Virus record (IMG/VR): IMGVR_UViG_3300018875_000006
Location: 1 to 63,484 of that record
Direction: 5' to 3' (one strand)
From: a virus
Taxonomy: Duplodnaviria; Caudoviricetes
Length of the DNA stretch: 63,484 nt
The position numbers and the translations under genes are program-made. Position 1 is the stretch's first letter; each line of letters starts with the position of its first letter. This document shows, in pieces, positions 8,748 through 19,245 of the stretch. A model generated the notes under the pieces. It did no database searches. It was given only the letters and a program-made list of their open reading frames with translations, and had not been told where the DNA came from.

Positions 8748-9407
8748 TTATGCGGGTTCGACGATGAGCTCGCGCAGGGCGATGGTGGCGGTCGTGCCGG
8801 TCTGGCTGGTGCGGTGCAGCAGCCTCGTGGTGTAGGTGGCGCCGGGTGTGAGCCCGACAAGGAGATGGGAGGCTGTGCCGCGCGCGAAGGTGCTGCCGTA
8901 GTGGCTGAAGCCGTTGATGTCGGCGGCGGCTTCCACTATCGTCCCGGAGCCGATACTGCTGCCGGTGCGGGTCTCGGGCGCGACGAGGGATCCGGCCGTT
9001 GTGCTCGAGTTCTCCACGCGCGCCCCGGAGGTGATCTTCACCGTGCCGGAGAGGGGGGCGGTGAAGACGACGCCGCAGGTCGCGTAGCTGCCGCCGGTCG
9101 AGCCGGTGCCGTAGGTGGTGATGCTGGTGTCGAAGGACGGGCTCTGCTGGTCGGACACGGATGCGCCGAGGAGTGGGAGCCAGGCCGACCCGGTGTAGAT
9201 GGTGATCAGATTGGAGTCCTGTAGCCAGGCGGCCATGCCCTCAACGGGGCTGGAGATCGCGGCGTTGCGGGCGGAAGCGGACGCGAACCGCATGATCGAG
9301 CGCTGGGCGAGGGCGTTGGCGATGTTCTTTGCGAGGGCCTCGGCGTTGGGGGCGTCGGTGAGGGACGCGACGCTGAGCCCCTGTCCGTAGTCGTCCGTTG
9401 TGGCCAT
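8748..9407 (-). CDS. Minor tail protein
   Basis: RFASASARNAAISSPVEGMAAW motif; tail-tip position. Confidence 0.75.
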   Translation of the reverse strand: MATTDDYGQGLSVASLTDAPNAEALAKNIANALAQRSIMRFASASARNAAISSPVEGMAAWLQDSNLITIYTGSAWLPLLGASVSDQQSPSFDTSITTYGTGSTGGSYATCGVVFTAPLSGTVKITSGARVENSSTTAGSLVAPETRTGSSIGSGTIVEAAADINGFSHYGSTFARGTASHLLVGLTPGATYTTRLLHRTSQTGTTATIALRELIVEPA

Positions 9408-9421
9408 GCTGCACGACTCCC

Positions 9422-10021
9422 TTATGCGAGGCGGTACTTGCTGAGGGCGTCGAACTGGGCGTATTTGGTGCCGGTCGACGGCGGGGTTGGGTTGAAGTCG
9501 GTAAGCGTGACGGCACCGGTGCTGGTCACGGTCATGACACCGAAGTAGCCCGGGGCGACGCTCACGGTGACCCGGCTATTCTTCAGGGGTGTCGCCTCGG
9601 CGGGCAGAGTTGCGACCGTCATACCGGCCGTGAGCACACCCGAGATCGTGCCGATGCCGCACAGACCCGCCGTGCCGTCCCCGTACAGCCGGTAGGCGGG
9701 CGTGTTGTAGGAGGCGATCGCCGTCCATCCAGATGCCAACGTGAAAGGTTTCCACGCCCCGTCCCCGGTGGCGAGACGGCCGGCCGCAAGCCAGCTCCCG
9801 GAGCTGGAAACGGTGACAATGATGACGTCGCCGACGGTGGGCGCCTGGTAAGTCTGCAGGCGGCGGGCGACGATCCCGTCGGTGGTGGTGACCGTGCCGT
9901 CCGTGCCGACGGTCTGGACGACGGCCTGCCGCCAATCACTCCCACGTACCGTGGGGGACCGCTCTCCCGTGCGCCGGGCCTGCTGCCGCAGGGCGTAGGC
10001 CAGGTCCCGGTGTGTGCTCAC
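9422..10021 (-). CDS. Minor tail protein
   Basis: Tail-tip position; beta-rich C-terminal domain. Confidence 0.72.
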   Translation of the reverse strand: MSTHRDLAYALRQQARRTGERSPTVRGSDWRQAVVQTVGTDGTVTTTDGIVARRLQTYQAPTVGDVIIVTVSSSGSWLAAGRLATGDGAWKPFTLASGWTAIASYNTPAYRLYGDGTAGLCGIGTISGVLTAGMTVATLPAEATPLKNSRVTVSVAPGYFGVMTVTSTGAVTLTDFNPTPPSTGTKYAQFDALSKYRLA

Positions 10022-11109
10022 GTGCCCTCCCTCGCCGAGATGGTGCTGATCGGGAAGGCTCCGCCGATGTCGAGCGGCACGGTGAAGCTGGCGGTTTGGT
10101 GGAGTTCGGGGTAGCCGTCCGGGTGCACGATCCGGAGCACGTCGCCCGCCTCCAGAGCGGGGTTGGGCAGCGAGCTGAAGTCGCCGACAGCGTTAGGGGC
10201 CTTCAGTTCCGCGAGCTTCAGCCGGGCCGCTGACTGGCATGCCGCGGTGCTGATCAGCGTGGAGGAGCTATAGAAGGCCGGGCGGCGACCGAAAGGACCG
10301 CCCCAGTACGTGGGCGAGCCCGGGTCGTCGTCGGTGACCAGGGCGGAGACGGGTGCGACGCCGTCACTGGCGTTCTCGCCGCGGGCCAGGACCCCGTTGT
10401 GGACGCGGTCGCTGGACATGCCGCGAGTCGCCGAGATGTAGGCGCCGCCCTCCTTGGCCGCGATCTCCCAGACTGGGGTGGCGGTGAGCAGGTCAGGCAG
10501 GGTCGCGATGACGAACTCGCCATCCGGGGTCGCGTACACCTCGGCGCCCGCGGCGGCGGCGATCTCCTGGCACGCCGCCCACGAATCGCCCTCGATGTCG
10601 AAGGTGCGGCGGCCGATCGTGACGGTGCCGGTCGTGTTCAGGACGGAGGCGCTGGGCAGGGAGCGCTGGATGAGGGCGGTGATGGCGCTGGCCACGGTGC
10701 CGCTCGCGGTGTAGGGGGCGGTGAAGCGGTCGTCTGCGACGACCGCCGACAGGTCTTTGCCCTGCAGGGTGACGGGGCCCTCGGAGACGTCGCCGTCGAC
10801 CGAGTCGAGCCGGAACACGCCGAGTGGTACCAGCTCCTGGCTGCCGTCGCCGTAGTCGACGCCGCGGGAGATGCGGAGCCGGGCGCCATAGGTGGCCAGC
10901 TGGTCGGACGGGGTGCGCGGGATCAGCGCCGGGTCGGGGCAGGTGACGGTGCAGGTGCGGCGGATCACCTGTCCGCGGTCCACGGTCACCGACCCGCCCG
11001 TGTGCGGCAGGTCGATGACGCGTCCGTCTGTGAGGTACAGCTCCACCCGGGTGACTGGGGTGTGGTCTTCGGTGAGGCGGGTGAGGAACCGGTCGGAGAC
11101 GGGATACAC
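10018..11109 (-). CDS. Minor tail / hub protein (DUF5047-like)
   Basis: VYPVSDRFL... start; VPLGVFRL motif; second gene after tape measure. Confidence 0.78.
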   Translation of the reverse strand: MYPVSDRFLTRLTEDHTPVTRVELYLTDGRVIDLPHTGGSVTVDRGQVIRRTCTVTCPDPALIPRTPSDQLATYGARLRISRGVDYGDGSQELVPLGVFRLDSVDGDVSEGPVTLQGKDLSAVVADDRFTAPYTASGTVASAITALIQRSLPSASVLNTTGTVTIGRRTFDIEGDSWAACQEIAAAAGAEVYATPDGEFVIATLPDLLTATPVWEIAAKEGGAYISATRGMSSDRVHNGVLARGENASDGVAPVSALVTDDDPGSPTYWGGPFGRRPAFYSSSTLISTAACQSAARLKLAELKAPNAVGDFSSLPNPALEAGDVLRIVHPDGYPELHQTASFTVPLDIGGAFPISTISAREGT

Positions 11110-11116
11110 GGCTGGC

Positions 11117-13345
11117 TCACCTCCGCCGGTCGAGGAGCACGTCCTCCCAGGTCTCGTAGGTGTCGAGGACGTCCTGCCAGGTCGCAAACTCGGTGAGCAC
11201 GTCCTGCCAGGTGCGGCCTGCGGCTCCGTTGACGCCGACCGCGGTCGGCATGTCCGCCTCCACCACGGGCAGCGTCCACGCCCGCCACGGTTCCTGCGCG
11301 AGCGCTCCGACCCGGGCTTCGGTGATGCCGGCGACGTTGACGTACATGTCGCTGACGCCCATGCCGGGTGCGGCCTGCCACAGCAGCGTGCTCCCGGAGT
11401 CGAGCAGTCGGTGCAGGGCGGCGAGTTCCTCGGCGGAGCGCGTCCAGACCGTCAGGTCACCTTCCAAGCCCTGCCGCTGCCCTGACAGGACGACCTTGTT
11501 GCGCCGCCCGCGGACGACGAACGTGGCCTGTTCGATGGGCCGCTGCCAGTCCGGCGCCCGCTGCACCAGCACTCGCATGTTGCGCTGCGGGTTGCCGGGA
11601 TCCTTCAACCACGCCTCGTTGACGTCCGGCAGGTCGAGTGTGACCGTCTCGGAGGAGCGGGTGGCAGCGGCAGCGGTCTTGCTGGCCCGGAGTTCGATGC
11701 GGTAGTAGACCGGCGTCCGCATCGGCGCCTCGTGATCCTCCACGATCAGCAGGTCTGAGGTGATCGGCACTTGGTCGAGGAGCCCGGACGGCCCGCGGAC
11801 CAGGGTGCGGGACCCGTCCTGCGTCACCCGGTACACGGTGAGTAGGTACTCCAGGGGCAGCTCGCGCAGAGTCAGCGTCGTGTAGCCGTCGTCCGAGTGG
11901 GTTTTGACATCGGTGAGCGGCAGCACCTGCCACAGAGCGACCGAGTCGATGTGGATGACACTGCTGGCGGCCGTCGCGCTGACCAGCACCTCGACGGCAG
12001 CCTGAGTGGCCGCAGCCGGGGCCTCGCCGTCGCTGGGCATGCCGTACCAGGCCGTGCCGGGCAGCGAGTAGGCGGTGCCGGTCGACGCGCCGAGATCAGT
12101 GTTGGCAGCGTTGTACCAGCGGACCCGGACGAGCACGCCCGACCAGCTGCCGGCCGCCGGACGGGCGGTCAACCTGGCCCTCCAGTTCACACCGCCCGTC
12201 ACCGGCACCCGCGCCGACCGCAGCGTCGACACGGACGCGGTCGACGACGTGACGGCCAGGGAGTAGGAGCCGTCATAGGCGGCGTTTCCCCACGGCGTGG
12301 ACCGGGCGATCGTGGCCACCCCGGCCGCGACCGTCCATCCCGCGATGCCCTGCTCGAACGAGCTGTCCGCATACGGCAGGACGCTGCCGGCTTGTACTAC
12401 GGGGGCGGCCCGGATTACGACGGTCTCCAGGCGCAGCACTTGCCCGGCCGAGGCGCCGTCCAGGCCGGCCGCCAGCGAGCACGTCGCAGCGGTGGGCGGC
12501 GCGATCGCGGAGACCCGCTGCCGGTACATGCCCGTTCCCGGCGGGGCCAGCGTGCTGCGCTCGGCGCCGACCTGGTTGCCGTTGACGTCATGGAACCGCA
12601 GCTCAATCCACGCCGAGGCGGTGAGGACGGGCGGCTGGAGGTAGGCGTAGGCAAGGTACTCGGTGCCCGGCGTGACCGTCGGCCGGTCGACGGTCTGCAC
12701 GGCCGCGTTGCCGACGGCGACCGCGGTCATCGCCAGCGTGTGCCCGCCCGCGAGCCAGCTCGTCGCCGACCACGACATCACCGGCACCTGGCGGGTGATG
12801 GTCGCGTTGACCAGCGGCATCCACCCGGAGGCGTCGACCTCGGTGGACTCCACGTTGAACGGCAGCAAATTGCCCTGCGTCCGCAGCGGCAGGCCGAGGT
12901 AGGCGTTCTCCCAGTAATGGTTGACGCCCGCACCGGGCTCTGTCGACGAAAGGATCACCTGCGCCCGCGTGGCGCCGGCCGGCGCGACCCCGGCGACACT
13001 GACCCGGTGCCACGACGAGGACGCGGCCATCGTGGACAGCGACCAGGTGATGCTGAGCTCGGTGGCCACGTTGGACATCCAGCGGATGCCGATCCGCTCC
13101 GCCGTCGACGATGCCCCGGCCGTGTCCGCGAACACGAAGTACGTCGTGCCCGCGGTGACCGGATAGGAGGCCATGGTGACGGCCTGCATCTCGCCCGCCG
13201 CCGCCGACTTGACGACGAGGCAGCCGTCACCCACCCGCCCGCCCGTCCCCTTCGACAGGGTGCAGTTGAGCTTCTGGACCCAGCCGGCGATGGTCGGATC
13301 CATCGTCTCGGTCGTCGAGGAGAGGAAGTTCCCGGGGAACGCCAA
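11117..13345 (-). CDS. Distal-tail-like protein with three carbohydrate-binding-like repeats
   Basis: Three ~160-aa repeats (NFL/NLL/SVL...E...GW...PVT.G); directly follows tape measure. Confidence 0.75.
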   Translation of the reverse strand: MAFPGNFLSSTTETMDPTIAGWVQKLNCTLSKGTGGRVGDGCLVVKSAAAGEMQAVTMASYPVTAGTTYFVFADTAGASSTAERIGIRWMSNVATELSITWSLSTMAASSSWHRVSVAGVAPAGATRAQVILSSTEPGAGVNHYWENAYLGLPLRTQGNLLPFNVESTEVDASGWMPLVNATITRQVPVMSWSATSWLAGGHTLAMTAVAVGNAAVQTVDRPTVTPGTEYLAYAYLQPPVLTASAWIELRFHDVNGNQVGAERSTLAPPGTGMYRQRVSAIAPPTAATCSLAAGLDGASAGQVLRLETVVIRAAPVVQAGSVLPYADSSFEQGIAGWTVAAGVATIARSTPWGNAAYDGSYSLAVTSSTASVSTLRSARVPVTGGVNWRARLTARPAAGSWSGVLVRVRWYNAANTDLGASTGTAYSLPGTAWYGMPSDGEAPAAATQAAVEVLVSATAASSVIHIDSVALWQVLPLTDVKTHSDDGYTTLTLRELPLEYLLTVYRVTQDGSRTLVRGPSGLLDQVPITSDLLIVEDHEAPMRTPVYYRIELRASKTAAAATRSSETVTLDLPDVNEAWLKDPGNPQRNMRVLVQRAPDWQRPIEQATFVVRGRRNKVVLSGQRQGLEGDLTVWTRSAEELAALHRLLDSGSTLLWQAAPGMGVSDMYVNVAGITEARVGALAQEPWRAWTLPVVEADMPTAVGVNGAAGRTWQDVLTEFATWQDVLDTYETWEDVLLDRRR

Positions 13346-13355
13346 GATGACCTCC

Positions 13356-16300
13356 TCAGCTCGCGTTCAGTGCCTGGATGAGCTCGCCTTGTGCGGTCCG
13401 CACCTCTGCCCGTGCGATGTCAGTGATCTGCTCGTTGCCGACGTACACGGCGATGGCGAGGTCGCCCAGCTGCTGCTGCGCCGACCGCGTGGCCAGTGAG
13501 GTGAGGGCGTTGGCTTGGGCCGTCGTGTAAACGGGCTCGGGCCGACCGGTGCCGTTGTAGGCAAGGTTCATCCCCGGCTGGAGGTAGCCGCCGCTGTCGT
13601 AGCTGCTGGGCTTGAAGCCGTACCAGCTGTCGAAGAGGCGGTCGTTGTAGCCTCGCGCCCGCCGGCCGACGACGACGCCGTCTCCGCCGCGGCTTTCGAC
13701 GTTGACGCCGCCGAGGGTGCCTGCGGTGTGGCCGACGCCCGCGTTCGTGATGCCGATCATAAACGGGGACTTCTGGCCCAGCCTCCACCCGGGCGGGGCT
13801 GTCCGGCCGGAAAACGCCATAGTCGCCCAGCGTCGGTGGGGCTTCTGGCCTCGAATCACCGACTCGATCGCCGACATGAATCCGGAGCAGTCCCAGCTGG
13901 GGTCGCCGTTGCCTGCCCACTGGTAGGGCTTGCCGTGCTGAGTCTTTGCCCAGGCCAGCGCCTTCTGGATGCGCGGCCCTCCGACGCCTCCGGCGCCCCG
14001 CTTGTCTGCCTCCTTGGAGTAGCCGAACAAGGCGTCGATGATCCGTGTGGGGATGCGGCGCAGCATTCGGCCGATACCGGTGTCCATACCGGGGAACCGC
14101 TTGAGCAGCGGGTCGACGACCTTCTCGACGCCCGCGCGCGCGGACCCTTCGAGGGTGTCGCCCAGCCACGATGCCCCCTCCTTGATCTTGTTCCAGGCGG
14201 CCGAGCCAGCGCCGGCGACGGCCGAGCCAGCGGACTTGATCCATCCGAAGATGCCGCCGTCCGCGAACCGCTGCACCGGGTAGGTACCGCCCGCCGCGTA
14301 GCGCAGCGAGCGGTCGGTGGGCGTGGGCGGGTTGCCTCCGAACACCGGCGCGAGGGCGGCCTTGATGCCCTGCGCACCCCGGGAACGGGCGATGGCGTTC
14401 ATGGTGTTGACGAAGCCTGAACCCATCGCGCGGGTGAATTCTGGCCGCATGATGGCTTCGCCGCCGCTGAGCTCCAGGGCTCCGCCGGTTGGGGAGATGA
14501 AGCGGTGCACGTCCCGTCCGGGGGTGTAGCCGGGCATGATGCCGCCGGACCGGAAGGTGAAGCGGTTCAGTTTGGGGGCACCGAACGCGCCCGCGATCTT
14601 GTTCCAGACGCCGCGGATGCCATTGTTGTAGACGACATCGACGATGAACTGTACGGGCGCCTTGGCGATGCCCTCCAGCTTGTCCCACGCAATCTTGATC
14701 GCCTTGCGGGCGGCGTCGAAGCTTGCGGCGACCGCCTTCACGGCGTCCTTGAGGGTGGTGAAAACGGGTTTGATGCCCTTCTCCCACACGGTGGAGATCG
14801 TCGACTTGATGCCGTCCCACACCGGCCTGATCACGTGGTCGTAGATCCACCGGAAGACTGCGGCGAACGGGCCTTTGATGTAGTCGGCGATGTCCGGCAG
14901 GATGCTGTGCCCGATCAGCACGTCGTAAAGCCACTCGAACTTACGGACGATCCAGCCGATGACCGGCTTGATGATCTCGGTCCACAGCCAGCTGAACCAT
15001 CCGCCGAGGGTCTGTAGGCCGCCCCACAGGTACTGAAAGCGCGGCTTGAGCCACTTGTCCCAGGCGGCGGCTACGGTGTCCTGGATGGCAGTCCACACCG
15101 CCTGGACGCCGTCCCGGAACCACTCGAACTTGGTGTAGAGGAACGCGACGATGGCGACCAGCCCGAGGATAGCCAGCCCGATCCAGCCCCAAGGCCCGGC
15201 CATGGAGACCAGATTGAACGCCGCCATAGCAACGCTGGCCAGCAGCATCGCTCCTCGCCACGCGAGCATGGCCAGTCGCCAGGCCGTCACGGCGAGGACG
15301 ATGCCGTAGATGCCTTGGATCACCCAGGGCGCGTTGTCTCCAACCCACTGGAGGCCCTGTGAGAGCACGCTGATCGTTCCGAGGACGATGCTAGTGATGG
15401 GCTGCATGGCCACAGCGATTGAGACCAGTGCGCCGCCGATGTCCTTCAGGACCTGCCAGAGCTGCGGCGCCATCTCTGCCGAGTAGGCGAGGAACCGCTC
15501 AAACCCCGGCGACCCCTTCAGGCTGGCACCCCAGTCGGCGAACCGCCCCGTAACGTCCTGCATCTTCTGAGAGATCGAATCCATGTGCGGCAGGAATGCG
15601 CCGACGATCCCCGCCATACCCTTGAAGACGTTGCCGAACGCCGTCCCCAAGCCGATAATGGCGGGCTTCACCGACTTCTGCAGGTCCTCCTTGAAGCCCT
15701 TCCAGAACGGCGTCTTCAGCTCTGCCGACGCCTTGTCCATGAGCGTCTGGATGGCCGACGCCGCCGCCAGCACGAAGGGGGTCAAGCCCGGAAGAGCATT
15801 CTTGATCGCGTTCAGCGCCCTCGTGAAGATCGGCATCACCGCGGGCTGCAGCGACCGCGACCACTGGGAGAACGCCGTGCGCAGGCCGAGAAACGCATTG
15901 AACGTCTCCCGGGCAGCAGGCGTCAGCTTCGCAAGCTCCTGCCGGTACTTAGCCTGCGCGATGGCAGCCTGATCGACGCCCCCGGCCGCCTGAAGCGACG
16001 CGGAGGCGATCCCACGCTGCGCGGACGCGATCGAGTCGGCCGCGGACTGCTGTGCCTCAGCCAGCTGCTCCTGCGCCCGGGCCACCGAGCGTGCGCCGTC
16101 CTCCTGGGTGCGTGCCACGTTGCGCTGGGCCTCGGCGACCGCCTGCTGCGCTTCGACCTGCTGCCGGGCAGCGTCCTGCCGCGCCCGGGCCAGCTCCGCC
16201 TGCTGTCGGGTGACCGCCTCGTCGGCCTCACGCAGACGCTCCTGCGCGGCACGGACCGTCTCCGAGCCTTCGATGCCCGCCTTGTCCGCAGCCTTCTTCT

Positions 16301-17645
16301 CCGAGGTCAGGTCTTTGGTTTCGGCCCGAGCCTCCTTAAGGCGCTGTATGGCCTGGTCGTAGGCGAGCTGGGCGCGCTGCTGCTCGATGAGCGTGGCTTT
16401 CGAGCCCTCCGCCTGCACTGCGCGGAGCCGGTCCTGCGCCTCCTGCACAGACAGCACGGCGTCCCGCTCGGACAGTTGGGCGTTCGTGAGGCGGGTCTCG
16501 AGGTCGGCGAGTTCCTGGGCGGCGTCCCGGCGCGCCTGGGTCAGGTCTTCCTGGGCCTGGCGGGCGGTGCGCTGCGCGTCGGCAAGGGACTCCTCGGCGC
16601 GGCGGACCTGTTCGGCGGCCTGCCGCTGCCGGTCCGCGGCCTGCTGCACCGCGTCCGCAAGCTGCTGCTTGGCTCGCCGGTTCGCGTCGGACGCCGACCG
16701 GACGGCGTCGGCTACTCCCTGCTCGGCCTGCGCGATCTGCCGGGCAGCCTTGCGGTGTGCCGTAGCCAGGGCCTGCTGGGCGCCGGCCATCTGCAGCGAC
16801 CGCGACGCCGCTTGCGATGCCGCCTGCCCACCCCTCAGCGTGGCGTTGGTGGCTGCGTCCTGGGCGGCTTTCTGGGCCTGCATGACCTTGCTCATCTGCA
16901 CGAACGCGGGGACCGCGACCAGGGCGATCGAGCCGATGCCGACGGCTGCCGCGGTGGCGGCAGCGGCGATCGCTCCGAGGCCGGCGGCTACCACCGGCAG
17001 AGCCGGGATGATGGCCGGCCCGAATGCGATGGCGGCGGTGGTCAGTAGGTGGAGGTTCGCTGTCGCCGACCGAGTGTCCACATCGACGTTCGCGGTCTGC
17101 CCGTCCAGCCGGTTGACCTGCGCCTGTATGGCGGCGAGCGTTGTGGCGGCGCCCGCGGCATCCACCCGGATCGCCACGTCTGCGTCCGACGCCGACAGGC
17201 GCTGCAGCCGCTCCTGCAGATGATTGACCGCGGCCACAGCCTGTGCGGAGCTGATGTCGATGCCGATTCGGGCGTCCTGCAGCGCCATGATCTGGCGACG
17301 GATGTTGTAGATCTCCCGCTCGGCGTCCGAGCTGTTCGCGTGCAGCCGCACCTCGGGCAGGTTACGCAGCGCGGCTTCCAGGGTGGTGCGCAGCGAGCGG
17401 GCAAAGGTGCTGCCCGTCGCCTGCCCCTGCCGGGCGGCCGGCGCCTGCGCAGTCCGGCCGCCAGCGGTGACGCCGTTACGGATTGCGGCGGCCACCTGGG
17501 TGGAGATGTGCCGGCCGAGGATGCGGCCCAGCTCGTCGCCGATCTGGTTGCCTGCCGGGACGAGGGCGGCCTGCAGGCGTGACCGGATGCCGCGCGTGTT
17601 GGGAACAACGTCGACTTCGACGGAACCAACGCTGATGGCGGCCAC
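13356..17645 (-). CDS. Tape measure protein with C-terminal NlpC/P60-like domain
   Basis: 1429 aa, Ala/Gln coiled coils, Trp-periodic segment, PYQWAG...DCSG...GHT. Confidence 0.92.
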   Translation of the reverse strand: MAAISVGSVEVDVVPNTRGIRSRLQAALVPAGNQIGDELGRILGRHISTQVAAAIRNGVTAGGRTAQAPAARQGQATGSTFARSLRTTLEAALRNLPEVRLHANSSDAEREIYNIRRQIMALQDARIGIDISSAQAVAAVNHLQERLQRLSASDADVAIRVDAAGAATTLAAIQAQVNRLDGQTANVDVDTRSATANLHLLTTAAIAFGPAIIPALPVVAAGLGAIAAAATAAAVGIGSIALVAVPAFVQMSKVMQAQKAAQDAATNATLRGGQAASQAASRSLQMAGAQQALATAHRKAARQIAQAEQGVADAVRSASDANRRAKQQLADAVQQAADRQRQAAEQVRRAEESLADAQRTARQAQEDLTQARRDAAQELADLETRLTNAQLSERDAVLSVQEAQDRLRAVQAEGSKATLIEQQRAQLAYDQAIQRLKEARAETKDLTSEKKAADKAGIEGSETVRAAQERLREADEAVTRQQAELARARQDAARQQVEAQQAVAEAQRNVARTQEDGARSVARAQEQLAEAQQSAADSIASAQRGIASASLQAAGGVDQAAIAQAKYRQELAKLTPAARETFNAFLGLRTAFSQWSRSLQPAVMPIFTRALNAIKNALPGLTPFVLAAASAIQTLMDKASAELKTPFWKGFKEDLQKSVKPAIIGLGTAFGNVFKGMAGIVGAFLPHMDSISQKMQDVTGRFADWGASLKGSPGFERFLAYSAEMAPQLWQVLKDIGGALVSIAVAMQPITSIVLGTISVLSQGLQWVGDNAPWVIQGIYGIVLAVTAWRLAMLAWRGAMLLASVAMAAFNLVSMAGPWGWIGLAILGLVAIVAFLYTKFEWFRDGVQAVWTAIQDTVAAAWDKWLKPRFQYLWGGLQTLGGWFSWLWTEIIKPVIGWIVRKFEWLYDVLIGHSILPDIADYIKGPFAAVFRWIYDHVIRPVWDGIKSTISTVWEKGIKPVFTTLKDAVKAVAASFDAARKAIKIAWDKLEGIAKAPVQFIVDVVYNNGIRGVWNKIAGAFGAPKLNRFTFRSGGIMPGYTPGRDVHRFISPTGGALELSGGEAIMRPEFTRAMGSGFVNTMNAIARSRGAQGIKAALAPVFGGNPPTPTDRSLRYAAGGTYPVQRFADGGIFGWIKSAGSAVAGAGSAAWNKIKEGASWLGDTLEGSARAGVEKVVDPLLKRFPGMDTGIGRMLRRIPTRIIDALFGYSKEADKRGAGGVGGPRIQKALAWAKTQHGKPYQWAGNGDPSWDCSGFMSAIESVIRGQKPHRRWATMAFSGRTAPPGWRLGQKSPFMIGITNAGVGHTAGTLGGVNVESRGGDGVVVGRRARGYNDRLFDSWYGFKPSSYDSGGYLQPGMNLAYNGTGRPEPVYTTAQANALTSLATRSAQQQLGDLAIAVYVGNEQITDIARAEVRTAQGELIQALNAS

Positions 17646-17664
17646 GGAGCCTCCCTCCGCGGCG

Positions 17665-18132
17665 CTACTCGGCGCCCCCTTGGATGAGATGGAACAGGCG
17701 GTTGGCGCTGCCCTCGGTCAACGCGGCCTTCGCCTTGCGCGGCTTGGCACCGGGCCGCGGGATGGGCTCAGGCGGATCGGGGCGCTTCGACTTCTTGTCG
17801 GTGTTCACGCACCACAGCACCCACTCAACGCGGGCCAGCCGGTCGGCGACCAGCGCCAGCAGCTGCTCCTGCTGGGACCACTGCCCCTTCTCCGGATCGC
17901 CCTTGTCCGCCTGCGCGGCGAGCTCCGCCGGCGGCATGGCGTTGCGCAGCGCCGTCCACGTGGCGGACTCGGGCGGCAGTCGCTGGATAAGGACCCGTAG
18001 CCGTCGCGCGGACAGCTCGCCGCGGTAGTACGCGGCGAGCTGGTCCTCGCTGCGCGGGTAGTAGAAGGCGAGGTCGCCCTCTACCGCCTCCTCGTGCGCT
18101 GCGACGACCTGCCGGGTCCACGCGATTTCCCC
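17665..18132 (-). CDS. Tail assembly chaperone, frameshifted (GT-like) extension
   Basis: The -1 frame from GGGGAAA (18132-18126) is open through ORF 17665..17937. Confidence 0.75.
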   Translation of the reverse strand, partial: GEIAWTRQVVAAHEEAVEGDLAFYYPRSEDQLAAYYRGELSARRLRVLIQRLPPESATWTALRNAMPPAELAAQADKGDPEKGQWSQQEQLLALVADRLARVEWVLWCVNTDKKSKRPDPPEPIPRPGAKPRKAKAALTEGSANRLFHLIQGGAE

Positions 18133-18497
18133 AGGCTCTCACCGGCCTGCTGGGCCGCGTCCTCAATGAAGTCGTAGAACTCGGTGTTGACGGGGTCGAT
18201 CTCCCAGAAGGCTTCGAGGTCGTCCGGGTGCACGACGTGCTCGACGAAGGCAGCGATCTGCCCCTGGTTGAGGAGGGCCTGCCAGGAGGCCCGCCACGAA
18301 CCGGGCGGGATGATCTGCAGTTCCTCACCGCAGAGCTCGGCGGTGACGTAGATGCCTTCCGCCTCCGTCTCCGCCGCGGTCGGCTGCTGCACGTTGACGT
18401 CCTGCTCCTCCTGCTCCGGTGCGGGACGCGAGGGCCGGGAAGCGGCTCGGGCGGCGGTGCGGGGCTTCCTGCTGGTGGTGTTGCGCGTGCTGGCCAC
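18081..18497 (-). CDS. Tail assembly chaperone (G-like)
   Basis: Between major tail and tape measure genes; slippery site near 3' end. Confidence 0.85.
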   Translation of the reverse strand: MASTRNTTSRKPRTAARAASRPSRPAPEQEEQDVNVQQPTAAETEAEGIYVTAELCGEELQIIPPGSWRASWQALLNQGQIAAFVEHVVHPDDLEAFWEIDPVNTEFYDFIEDAAQQAGESLGKSRGPGRSSQRTRRR

Positions 18498-18582
18498 GGC
18501 GCGGGCCTCCTTCGTTCAGGGCGCGGGCAAGGTGAAGGTGGACGGGCCGGGCCCGCGCCAGGGTGGCGGCCCGTCCACCGGC

Positions 18583-19170
18583 TCAGGACCCGGTGTACGC
18601 CTCGGTCTCCGGCACACGGTCGAAGTGGTAGACGGTGTTGCCGGCCGAGTCCGGGTAGGCGGTGATCGTCCACTCGAAGCCGGCGACCTCGTCCTGCTTG
18701 TGGGTGACGTCGGACCGCTCGGTGATCTCTCCCTCGGGGACGTAGAAGCCGCGCTGGAAGCTGTCGCCGTCGAGGACGATGAACCAGAACGCACGCCGGT
18801 CGGGGCTCGGGCTCGCGGTCTCCGCGAACGTCGTCAGCCCGGACGTCGGAGCGAGGTCGGCGACGTCGACGCGGTACTGCAGGGACTGCACGGTGGTGCG
18901 GCCCGTCTCCCACGCCGTCAGGCCGAACGTGCGCAGCGACGACGTGATCGCGGTGCGGATCGGCGCAGTCAGGCCCCAGGGGGTGAAGGACTGGGAGTCC
19001 TCCTCGAAGCCCTGGACGAGGCCGTCGTCGCTGATGGCGCCGAGCGGCAGCCACGGTGACGGCGGCTGGGTGGCCGGGTCGCCGGGCGAGGTCGTGCCGA
19101 GAGGGGCAACCCAGCCGGCGCCGTTTGCACCGACTTCCAGGAGGTCCGCCGCGCGGGTGATCGAAACCAT
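18583..19170 (-). CDS. Major tail (tube) protein
   Basis: LGAISDDGL, TPWG, GEITERSDV motifs; position. Confidence 0.87.
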   Translation of the reverse strand: MVSITRAADLLEVGANGAGWVAPLGTTSPGDPATQPPSPWLPLGAISDDGLVQGFEEDSQSFTPWGLTAPIRTAITSSLRTFGLTAWETGRTTVQSLQYRVDVADLAPTSGLTTFAETASPSPDRRAFWFIVLDGDSFQRGFYVPEGEITERSDVTHKQDEVAGFEWTITAYPDSAGNTVYHFDRVPETEAYTGS

Positions 19171-19245
19171 GGAGGGTCTCCAGACATGCGAAGACCCCGC
19201 GGCTGGCGGGGTCAGGGTTACAGGGTCCGGCGCGGGCCCAGCCGG

